Assembly: GCA_016291495.1 (NCBI GenBank)
Contig: JAEEXI010000002.1
Location: forward strand, 113,880 to 177,879
DNA from: Prevotella sp.
Lineage (GTDB): Bacteria; Bacteroidota; Bacteroidia; Bacteroidales; Bacteroidaceae
DNA length: 64,000 nt
Direction of reading: 5' to 3'
Positions 56,077-64,000 of the stretch are shown here, one piece after another. Within the stretch, counting starts at the first letter, position 1; the number at the start of each line of letters is the position of its first letter. The position numbers and the translations under genes are program-made. Under the pieces are notes generated by a model. The model was not told where the DNA came from, did no database searches, and saw nothing but the letters and a program-made list of their open reading frames with translations.

Positions 56077-57906
56077 TTATTTGTTTTTAGTTAGATATAT
56101 GTTTTCCGCTTGGCGGATGGCTTTTTCCTGTTGGTGGATGGCGAGATACAACTCGTTCTGCAACTTTTCGTTGTCGAGAATCTCGCGGGAGAGCGCTGTC
56201 CGCTCTTTGTCAGTAGCCTTGGGATAATACTTCCGGCTCTTCTCCAAGGCAAGAACGGTTTGCTCGTAACGCTGGCGTAGCTTGACGAGTTGCTGGTAAC
56301 GCTCCTGGTTTCCGGCTGCCTTGAAGTCTTTTACCTGATGATAGACAACCTGATCGTTGATGACTAAGGAGAAGTCTGAGTGCTTTTCCTTCGGTTGTGT
56401 CTTAGCCTGTCGCAGTCGCTTGACTGCCTCCTTGTATTGCTGTTTGTCATCCCATGTCATACTGATGCTGTCGATACGGGCAAAGCCGGCAATCTGCTCT
56501 GGCGTGTATTGCTCTGCATCATAGGTCTGGTATTTCTCCGCAGGGATGAAAGTGTAGACGCATACCATACTGTCAGGCTGGTTGCGGTCAGAGGCGAAGA
56601 AACCCAATTGGTTGTATTCGTCAATGGCAAACAGATAGTCATTGGCGGTAGAGTTGAAAGGCATGCCGATGTTCTCTGGCTTGAGGAACCTGCCTTCCGA
56701 AGCATCATAGGTAGTCATAAACAGGTCGTAGCCACCGATACTTCCTTCGCCCTCAGCGGCAAAATAGAGTGTCGTCCCGTCGGGCATCATAAAAGGATAG
56801 TTGAGGTGCTGCAGTTGCCTGTCGCTATTGATGCCGGCCAAGGTATCTGCGGCAGTCCACTGTTGTTGGAGCAGCTCCTGTGAGTAGATGCAGCTGTCGT
56901 TCCCGGCATAGAGACAACGGTTGTTGAGCGCATTCATAAATGCTATTGCCTTGGAGGCTTTCTTAGGGAAGAAAGTCGAGTAGGGGGCGATGCGTCCAGC
57001 CTCCGGTGTCAGATGGTAGGCCTTCAGGAACTGCTCTTTACGCATGACGATGCTGTCGATAAACATAATCCGTTGGGTTGCCATCGTCATTTGTCGCAGA
57101 TGCTCAGACTGTTCCGTCGGCTGCTCTTTTTTCTGTCGGACATGTTTCTTCCGTTGTGCGGGAGCCGTTACGCATACGAGAAGCAACAGCAGCAGGGTGA
57201 TTCGCTGAACCAGTTTGTTGGCTGCCTCCAAAGCATTCCAGATGGAATAGCGTGCCTCCTTATTCATCTCCTGCATCTGTTCGAAGAGTCCGTGGACGGT
57301 GGTGCGGTTGGTGTCGTGCTCATAAGGACATCGCTTCAACTGCTTTTCATAACCCTGTTGCTCCGCATAAGCCTGGATGTCAGCCTCCTCACAAAGACAT
57401 AACGGGCGGATGATAGCCAGTGGCATCTTCTCCATCTCCAGATAGGCGGGCATCGTTGAGAATTGTCCTTGGAAGGTGAGGTTCATCAACGTCGTATGGA
57501 TGATGTCGTCCTGATGATGTCCCAAGGCAATCTTATTACAGCCCAGTTCCTGTGCAAGATTGAAGAGCTGTTTGCGGCGCTGCCAGGAACATAGGAAACA
57601 GGCAGGCTTCTTATCGGAAGGCTCAAAACGGGTGGTGATGACATGAAGGGGAACACCTAAGGCATCACAGAACTGTTGCAGATAAGTGGTGTCTGTCTCA
57701 TACTGGATATTCTCCATCCGTACATGCAAGGCTTCAACGGTGAAGCGCGGAAAGAATACTTTCGATTGTCGGGCAAGCAACTCCAACAGACACAGAGAGT
57801 CTTTTCCGCCAGAGAGTCCTACGAGAATCTTATCACCTTCCTCAATAAGGCGATAGTCACGTAAGGCTTTTCGGAAGCGTTGTTGAAGTCGTTGTCCCAC
57901 ATTCAT
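56077..57906 (-). CDS. ttcA: TtcA-family PP-loop protein fused to a signal-peptide-bearing PD40-like protein
   Basis: SGGKDS, CFLC, GHHQDD, IIRPL; then RITLLLLLLVCVTAPAQ and YPFMMPDGTTLYFA...GGYDLF. Confidence 0.8.
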   Translation of the reverse strand: MNVGQRLQQRFRKALRDYRLIEEGDKILVGLSGGKDSLCLLELLARQSKVFFPRFTVEALHVRMENIQYETDTTYLQQFCDALGVPLHVITTRFEPSDKKPACFLCSWQRRKQLFNLAQELGCNKIALGHHQDDIIHTTLMNLTFQGQFSTMPAYLEMEKMPLAIIRPLCLCEEADIQAYAEQQGYEKQLKRCPYEHDTNRTTVHGLFEQMQEMNKEARYSIWNALEAANKLVQRITLLLLLLVCVTAPAQRKKHVRQKKEQPTEQSEHLRQMTMATQRIMFIDSIVMRKEQFLKAYHLTPEAGRIAPYSTFFPKKASKAIAFMNALNNRCLYAGNDSCIYSQELLQQQWTAADTLAGINSDRQLQHLNYPFMMPDGTTLYFAAEGEGSIGGYDLFMTTYDASEGRFLKPENIGMPFNSTANDYLFAIDEYNQLGFFASDRNQPDSMVCVYTFIPAEKYQTYDAEQYTPEQIAGFARIDSISMTWDDKQQYKEAVKRLRQAKTQPKEKHSDFSLVINDQVVYHQVKDFKAAGNQERYQQLVKLRQRYEQTVLALEKSRKYYPKATDKERTALSREILDNEKLQNELYLAIHQQEKAIRQAENIYLTKNK

Positions 57907-57921
57907 CGTGTCTGATTTCTA

Positions 57922-58290
57922 TCATTTCATGAAAACAAGATAGACCGCACAGATGATCAGAAAGAATGCGAGAATGTGGTTCCAATGCAGATTCTGTCCT
58001 TGGAACATGATATTGGCAATGACGGCGAAAACTCCCAAGGAGATACATTCTTGGATAACCTTCAACTGTACCAGTGTGAAGGGGCCCCCATTACCCTCAA
58101 AGCCCAGACGGTTGGCAGGAACCTGGCAGCAGTATTCAAAGAAGGCAATCATCCACGAAAAGAGGATGACGCCAATGAGCGGCCAGTTGCTGCTGACTCC
58201 CGTCTCTGATAATTTCAAATGCCCATACCAAGCAAGTGTCATAAACACATTGCTTAGTATGAGCAAAATGATGGTATAGAGTCCGTTCAT
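57922..58290 (-). CDS. DMT family protein (DUF486-like)
   Basis: SNVFMTLAWYGHLK, FFEYCCQVPANRLG, QLKVIQE. Confidence 0.88.
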   Translation of the reverse strand: MNGLYTIILLILSNVFMTLAWYGHLKLSETGVSSNWPLIGVILFSWMIAFFEYCCQVPANRLGFEGNGGPFTLVQLKVIQECISLGVFAVIANIMFQGQNLHWNHILAFFLIICAVYLVFMK

Positions 58291-58292
58291 GA

Positions 58293-60659
58293 CTACTTCT
58301 TTTGCAAGTATTCATCCATATGGGCTGCCGCACGACGACCGTCGCCCATAGCAAGAATCACGGTAGCGCCACCACGGACGATGTCACCACCGGCGAAGAT
58401 TTCAGAACGAGCCGACTGCATGCCCTCGTTGACGACGATGGTGTTCTTGCGACCCAGTTCCAATCCCTTGATAGATTTAGGAACCAATGGATTGGGGGAT
58501 ACACCAACGGCAACGATAACCTGGTCAACTTCCAAGGTAACGGTCTTGCCCTCTACGGGAACAGGACTGCGACGGCCACTGGCATCTGGCTCACCGAGTT
58601 CCATGACCTGCAGAACGGCAGCCTTGACGGCACCGTTCTCGTCAGCGATGTACTCGATAGGATTGTGGAGCGTCAGGAAGTTGATACCTTCTTCCTTGGC
58701 ATGCTTCACTTCCTCCAGACGGGCAGGCATCTCTTGTTCAGAACGACGGTAGACGAGGGTAACGTTACCACCCAGACGCTTAGCCGTACGGCAAGAGTCC
58801 ATAGCGGTATTACCACCACCCACAACAAGTACGTTCTTACCCAGATTGATAGGTGTATCCGTCGTCGGGTTGGCAGCATCCATCAGGTTCACACGGGTGA
58901 GGTACTCATTTGACGACATGATATTGATGGCATTCTCGCCAGGAATATTCATGAAGTTAGGCAGACCGGCACCAGAACCTACGAAGACACCTTTGAAACC
59001 CTGCTGTTCCAGCGTCTCGACGCTGATGGTCTTACCAACGATGACGTCGGTCTGGAAGTGGACGCCCATCTTGGCAAGGTTCTCGATTTCCACGTCCACG
59101 ATCTTGTTGGGCAGACGGAACTCAGGGATACCGTATTTCAGCACACCGCCAATCTCGTGCAATGCCTCGAAGACATACACGTCATAACCTTTCTTCACCA
59201 TATCGCCAGCGAAGCTCAGTCCGGCAGGACCAGAGCCTACAACAGCAATCTTGATGCCGTTGGCAGGTGCAATCTCCGGCAGACTGATGTTGCCGCTCTC
59301 GCGCTCGTAGTCGGCAGCGAAGCGCTCCAGATAGCCGATGGCTACAGCGGGCTCGTTCATCTTCAGATGGATACACTTGCTCTCACACTGTTTCTCCTGG
59401 GGACAAACACGTCCACAGACTGCGGGTAGGGCAGAAGTGTCCTTCAGAACCTTAGCGGCAGCCAAGAAATCACCACGCTCGATATTCTTGACAAACGATG
59501 GGATGTTGATGTTGACAGGACAACCCTCGACACAGGTAGGCTTTGCGCAGTCCAGACAACGCTTGGCTTCCGTCATTGCCATCTCCTTGGTGAGTCCGAT
59601 GTTCACCTCCTCAATACGGGTGGTAGCGCGATAGACAGGGTCCAACTCCGGCATGATGACACGCTCGATGGCCGTGCGCTCCTTGGGTTTCATGCTCTTG
59701 CGGAGCTCTTCACGCCATGCAGCGTTGCGATCGGTCAGTACTTCAATGGGGTCGTTAGTGGAGTCGCTGTCCATCGTCACATCAGTGGCGGCAGCATTTT
59801 TTTCACTCTTCACTTTTCCCTCTTCACTTCCCATCAGATGCTCCTCATAATGCTCCAGTTCTTCTTGCTCGGCACGCTTGAAGGTGCCCATGCGCTTGAA
59901 CATCTCGTCCCAATCGACGAGAGCACCGTCAAATTCAGGACCGTCGATGCAGACGAACTTCGTCTTGCCACCAATCGTCAGACGACAGGCACCACACATA
60001 CCTGTACCATCAACCATAATGGTGTTGAGGCTGACCTCACAAGGGATATTGTATTTTTGGGCAGTGAGGTTGGAGAACTTCATCATGATGGGAGGGCCGA
60101 TGGCAAATACCTTGTCGACATGCGGTTCCTGTTGGATGAACTTCTCAATACCAACAGTTACCACACCTTTCTCACCATAACTGCCGTCATCGGTCATGAT
60201 GATGACTTCGTCTGATGACTCACGTACCTTATCTTCAAGGATAATCAAATCCTTTGAACGGCCTGCCATTACAGAGAGAACACGGTTGCCGGCGGCCTTC
60301 AGAGCCTGGATGATAGGCAACATGGGTGCCACACCCAGTCCACCACCGGCACATACGACCGTACCGTAGTTCTCAATGTGGGTGGGATTACCCAATGGAC
60401 CAACTACGTCAGCCACATACTCGCCTTCTTTCAAGGCACAAAGTTTCTTGGAAGAAAGTCCTACCATCTGTACGACCAGAGTAATGGTACCTTTGTCAAT
60501 ATCGGCACCGGCAATGGTCAGAGGCATACGTTCACCTTTCTGGTCAACACGTACAATCACGAAATTACCAGCCTTACGGCTTTTCGCAATCAATGGAGCC
60601 TCAATCTCAAAAAGGAAAACCTTCTCTGAGAACTGCTCTTTTCTTACAATTTTATTCAT
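58293..60659 (-). CDS. Fused NfnA-NfnB-type transhydrogenase (DHOD-B NAD-binding plus GltD-like)
   Basis: GERMPLTI, GTGMCGACR, CIDGPEFD; CLDCAKPTCVEGCP, VCPQEKQCE, GSGPAGL, GGGNTAMD. Confidence 0.88.
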   Translation of the reverse strand: MNKIVRKEQFSEKVFLFEIEAPLIAKSRKAGNFVIVRVDQKGERMPLTIAGADIDKGTITLVVQMVGLSSKKLCALKEGEYVADVVGPLGNPTHIENYGTVVCAGGGLGVAPMLPIIQALKAAGNRVLSVMAGRSKDLIILEDKVRESSDEVIIMTDDGSYGEKGVVTVGIEKFIQQEPHVDKVFAIGPPIMMKFSNLTAQKYNIPCEVSLNTIMVDGTGMCGACRLTIGGKTKFVCIDGPEFDGALVDWDEMFKRMGTFKRAEQEELEHYEEHLMGSEEGKVKSEKNAAATDVTMDSDSTNDPIEVLTDRNAAWREELRKSMKPKERTAIERVIMPELDPVYRATTRIEEVNIGLTKEMAMTEAKRCLDCAKPTCVEGCPVNINIPSFVKNIERGDFLAAAKVLKDTSALPAVCGRVCPQEKQCESKCIHLKMNEPAVAIGYLERFAADYERESGNISLPEIAPANGIKIAVVGSGPAGLSFAGDMVKKGYDVYVFEALHEIGGVLKYGIPEFRLPNKIVDVEIENLAKMGVHFQTDVIVGKTISVETLEQQGFKGVFVGSGAGLPNFMNIPGENAINIMSSNEYLTRVNLMDAANPTTDTPINLGKNVLVVGGGNTAMDSCRTAKRLGGNVTLVYRRSEQEMPARLEEVKHAKEEGINFLTLHNPIEYIADENGAVKAAVLQVMELGEPDASGRRSPVPVEGKTVTLEVDQVIVAVGVSPNPLVPKSIKGLELGRKNTIVVNEGMQSARSEIFAGGDIVRGGATVILAMGDGRRAAAHMDEYLQKK
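59784..59832. repeat. Solo arm of the GCGGCAGCA/TTCACT family inside a CDS
   Basis: AGTGGCGGCAGCATTTTTTTCACTCTTCACTTTTCCCTCTTCACTTCCC versus 7951-7994. Confidence 0.8.
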
Positions 60660-60665
60660 AATTTA

Positions 60666-61310
60666 TTATCCAATGTATTGGAGGATCAGGTCTACTGCCT
60701 CCTGCTCGGTCTTGCCGTCCATATTGATGACAAGATCGTAGTTACGGGTGTCATAACGTGAGGTACCGGTGAATTTCTTCACATAGGTCTCACGCATATC
60801 GTCAATCTTCTTGATGACTTTCTCTGCTTCATCACGACTCAGTCCCTGCTTGTTCATGATGCGCTGAATACGATGCTCCAGCGGAGCCTGAATCAGGACG
60901 CTAAGATGGTTGGGATTGTTGGCGAATACATAGAACCCCGAACGACCGGCAATGATGCAAGACTCTTCCTCTGCGAGTTTCGTAAGGACTTCCTTCTCAA
61001 CATTGAACATGTCCTCGGTTGTCGTCAGGTGGAATTCATCACCACTCATACGCTGGTAATACCATACTTCGTTCATGTTCTGTCCCATATACATCGCAGC
61101 GTTGATGAACTCACGCCACCACTGGGTCTTGCTGCCCTTCAGGCGTTCAATCTCCTCGGTATTCAAATTGAATTTCTTCTCCAACTCTTTGATGAGAGCC
61201 TTGTCGTAGAATGAAACACCTAACTTCTCAGCAAGCATCTTGCCGATGGTACGACCACCACTACCCAGTTCGCGGTTAATGGTAATTACAAACTTCTGAT
61301 TCTTGTCCAT
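60666..61310 (-). CDS. Cytidylate kinase-like family protein
   Basis: ITINRELGSGGRTIG, IIAGRSG, YDLVIN. Confidence 0.9.
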   Translation of the reverse strand: MDKNQKFVITINRELGSGGRTIGKMLAEKLGVSFYDKALIKELEKKFNLNTEEIERLKGSKTQWWREFINAAMYMGQNMNEVWYYQRMSGDEFHLTTTEDMFNVEKEVLTKLAEEESCIIAGRSGFYVFANNPNHLSVLIQAPLEHRIQRIMNKQGLSRDEAEKVIKKIDDMRETYVKKFTGTSRYDTRNYDLVINMDGKTEQEAVDLILQYIG

Positions 61311-61337
61311 AATTGAAATGTTTTAAGTGATTTGTAT

Positions 61338-62657
61338 TTAGTCAATGATTTCAAAACCTGTATAGGGAACGAGGGCAGCAGGAATCTTGATGCCGTTCTC
61401 GGTCTGGTTGTTCTCCAGAATGGCTGCCACGATACGGGGCAGGGCAAGTGCAGAACCGTTCAGCGTATGACACAGCTCCGTCTTTTTCGTATCAGCACGA
61501 CGATAACGGCATTTCAGACGATTAGCCTGATAGGTATCGAAGTTAGAGACGGACGAAACCTCCAGCCAACGACCTTGAGCCTCTGAGTAGACCTCGAAGT
61601 CATAGCAGATAGATGATGTGAACGATTGGTCACCACCGCAGAGCAACAGAATACGATAGGGAAGTTCCAGCTTCTTCAATAGTCCCTCCACGTGTTCCAG
61701 CATCTCCTTGTGGCTCTCTTTCGAGTGTTCAGGCTTGTCGATACGCACAATCTCAATCTTTGAGAACTCATGCAGACGGTTCAGTCCGCGAACGTCCTTA
61801 CCGTAACTGCCTGCCTCACGGCGGAAACACTCTGTATAGGCACAGTTCTTGATAGGCAGTTGTGCCTCGTCCAGAATGACATCACGATAGATATTTGTCA
61901 CAGGCACCTCGGCAGTGGGAATGAGATAGAAGTCGTCCACCTCACAGTGATACATCTGTCCCTCCTTGTCAGGCAACTGACCTGTACCATATCCGGAGGC
62001 AGCATTCACAACTGTCGGTGGCATAATCTCCGTATATCCGCTCTTACGAGCCTCGTCAAGGAAGAAGTTGATGAGGGCACGTTGCAGTTGGGCTCCCTTG
62101 CCGATATAGACAGGGAAACCAGCTCCTGTAATCTTCACACCCAGGTCAAAGTCGATGAGGTTATACTTCTTGGCCAGTTCCCAGTGGGGAAGAGGATTCT
62201 CCATTCCCAGTGAAGGATTGACATCCCAATTGCCGACAGTATCGTTGGCAGTGCATTCCTTCAGATTGCTCTTGACAACGTGGTTGTCCTCAGCGGCAGA
62301 ACCCTCAGGAACTTCATCGTATGGGATATTAGGAATCTGACAAAGCAGACGGGTCATTTCCTCCTGAGCCTCGTTCATGGTCTCTTCCAACTGCTTGTTG
62401 GCTTCCTTCATCTTAGAAACCGACTCTTTGATGGCATCAGCCTCTGCCTTTTTGCCTTCTTTCATCAGTCCGCCAATCTGTGCAGCAAGCTTCTTTGCCT
62501 CACTCAGGTTGGCATCCAGTTTCTGCTGGGCCTCACGACGACGCTTGTCAACGGCAAGCACTTCGTCAATAGCTTCTTTGGCTCCTTTGAAATGTTTCTT
62601 TTCCAGTCCGCGAATCACGCGGTCTGTTTCCTCAGTAATGAGTTTCAGTGTAAGCAT
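61338..62657 (-). CDS. serS: Serine--tRNA ligase
   Basis: Coiled-coil N-terminus, GTGQLP, LIPTAEVP, FRREAGSYG, EVSSVSN, HTLNGSALA. Confidence 0.98.
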   Translation of the reverse strand: MLTLKLITEETDRVIRGLEKKHFKGAKEAIDEVLAVDKRRREAQQKLDANLSEAKKLAAQIGGLMKEGKKAEADAIKESVSKMKEANKQLEETMNEAQEEMTRLLCQIPNIPYDEVPEGSAAEDNHVVKSNLKECTANDTVGNWDVNPSLGMENPLPHWELAKKYNLIDFDLGVKITGAGFPVYIGKGAQLQRALINFFLDEARKSGYTEIMPPTVVNAASGYGTGQLPDKEGQMYHCEVDDFYLIPTAEVPVTNIYRDVILDEAQLPIKNCAYTECFRREAGSYGKDVRGLNRLHEFSKIEIVRIDKPEHSKESHKEMLEHVEGLLKKLELPYRILLLCGGDQSFTSSICYDFEVYSEAQGRWLEVSSVSNFDTYQANRLKCRYRRADTKKTELCHTLNGSALALPRIVAAILENNQTENGIKIPAALVPYTGFEIID

Positions 62658-62697
62658 AATATGTCTTTTTGTTTAATGAGTTCAAGTAAAAACGATG

Positions 62698-62705
62698 CAA
62701 AGGTA
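62698..62705 (-). promoter_or_regulatory. -7 box for serS
   Basis: TACCTTTG on the minus strand. Confidence 0.7.
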
Positions 62706-62743
62706 ATCAATTTTTTCTGAAAGACAGAAAATATTCTCTATTT

Positions 62744-63610
62744 TTATTGTACGCGCATAATAATACTTGCCCAATGGTTGTTTTCACACTGACTGACGAG
62801 TGCGAGTCCCAGTTCCTTTCCCTTGGCTTCCAGCATGGGAATGTCTTCCGTGTAGAATCCACTCATAATCAGGGTTCCGTTCGATTTCATGACCTTACGG
62901 AAACGTTCCATATCCTGCAATAGGATGTTGCGGTTGATGTTCGCCAATACGTAGTCGAAATGCTCGTCGATGGAGTCGAGTAGGGAGGCGTCTCCGCACA
63001 TGGTCGTGATGTGCTCATCGACCTGATTAATGACGGCATTATGGCGAGTGTTGTCCGCACTCCATTCGTCTATATCATAAGCAGTTACGCCTTTGGCTCC
63101 AAGTTTTAATGCTGCTATACCCAAGATGCCTGTTCCACATCCGGCATCCAATACGGTTTTGTCTTTCATAGACTCCTCTAAAAGGGTGGCACATATCATT
63201 TGGGTAGTCTCATGTGTCCCTGTTCCGAAGGCAAGGTGAGCGTCGATTTCTATGAGTTGTACCCCCGTATCCTTCTCAATAATTGCGGGAAGGTGTCGTC
63301 CATCGTGGATTACCATCTTGCCGTCGGCAATGATGATAGGGTCAAACCCCTCTTGTTCCCACTGTTCGTTCCAGTCCTTGTCTTCCGCCTCCGCAACATT
63401 ATATATAATATTCGTATTCTCTATCGGAAAGAACTGGAGAGCCTGACCGAGAGTATCCTCGTCGAAGAGCGTCTGCTGTACATAGCCTTTGAGTCCCTCG
63501 TCCGTATCTTCAAAAGTCTCGAAACCTGCCTCGCCAGCCATTGCAGCCAAGATGTCGCGGGCATCCTGTGAGAGGGGTTGAATCTTGAAATTGACCTCGT
63601 AATATTTCAT
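62744..63610 (-). CDS. prmA: Ribosomal protein L11 methyltransferase
   Basis: DWNEQW, AFGTGTHETT, VLDAGCGTGIL, DIDEWS, ANINRN. Confidence 0.96.
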   Translation of the reverse strand: MKYYEVNFKIQPLSQDARDILAAMAGEAGFETFEDTDEGLKGYVQQTLFDEDTLGQALQFFPIENTNIIYNVAEAEDKDWNEQWEQEGFDPIIIADGKMVIHDGRHLPAIIEKDTGVQLIEIDAHLAFGTGTHETTQMICATLLEESMKDKTVLDAGCGTGILGIAALKLGAKGVTAYDIDEWSADNTRHNAVINQVDEHITTMCGDASLLDSIDEHFDYVLANINRNILLQDMERFRKVMKSNGTLIMSGFYTEDIPMLEAKGKELGLALVSQCENNHWASIIMRVQ

Positions 63611-63631
63611 GCTTTTGTTAATTATTTAGTG

Positions 63632-63712
63632 CAAAATTACAAAAAATAGGGAAAAACCTATCCCAGTTTAGGGTTTTTCCCTAATTTTGCATTGAAATTA
63701 GTTGTATTTTTG
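63632..63712. promoter_or_regulatory. Divergent promoter region with a 12-bp inverted repeat
   Basis: TAATTTTG (minus, 63632-39), TATTTTTG (plus, 63705-12), TAGGGAAAAACC-13 nt-GGTTTTTCCCTA. Confidence 0.6.
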
Positions 63713-63744
63713 CATCGTGAAACCATAAAATGAAGGAAATGAAT

Positions 63745-64000
63745 ATGAAAAAGTTAGTTCTACTCTCAGTCCTCTTGGGTGCCATGCCAATCACCATGAT
63801 GGCACAGGACGACGATCTCTACTTCGTACCTACGAAGGAGAACGTGGCAAAGGATGCCGAGAAGTATGGTATGCCTACCGATACTTACTATTCGGGCAGT
63901 ACTCGTAGCACTGACGAATATAACCGCCGTGCATGGAGCCGTGTAGCCCCCATCGACTCTGCGGGTAATGATATTATCGACTTCTCTGCAGAAAAAGGTG
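63745..64000 (+). CDS. Secreted hypothetical protein, 3'-truncated by window edge
   Basis: MKKLVLLSVLLGAMPITMMAQDDDLYFVP..., open to the end of the window. Confidence 0.75.
   Translation, partial: MKKLVLLSVLLGAMPITMMAQDDDLYFVPTKENVAKDAEKYGMPTDTYYSGSTRSTDEYNRRAWSRVAPIDSAGNDIIDFSAEKG

Overview
A 64 kb chromosomal window from a Bacteroidota organism, most likely a rumen- or gut-type Prevotella/Xylanibacter. This is inferred from TAnnTTTG -7 promoter boxes, gene content and xylan esterases. Most of it is housekeeping and metabolic: rfbB-purT-fdtA-GNAT; lctP-lutABC plus a D-lactate dehydrogenase; glmS-carA-carB; galE; a UvrD/PcrA helicase; panCD; mce-mmdA-biotin carrier; a second carB; an esterase/GH3 cluster; mnmE; a TtcA fusion; fused NfnAB; serS; prmA. 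I found no rRNA, tRNA, CRISPR array, integrase or intact transposase. The most striking unexplained structure is a family of ~45-bp arms, each made of GCGGYAGCAAATT plus TTCACT-type heptamer repeats. These arms sit at all three gene junctions of the lactate operon. One inverted pair (43/45 identical) encloses a four-helix-bundle (IVS/Avd-like) gene, one pair is empty, and one solo arm supplies the C-terminus of LutB. A further solo arm lies in frame inside the NfnAB linker about 52 kb away. Other oddities: three more heptamer arrays, a REP-like hairpin family, a 4 x 22-bp iteron-like array beside a small basic ORF downstream of mnmE, a TtcA fused to a signal-peptide-bearing PD40-like protein, an anchorless OadG-like peptide, and several gene remnants. 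Family assignments come from recognising motifs by eye; no database searches were run.
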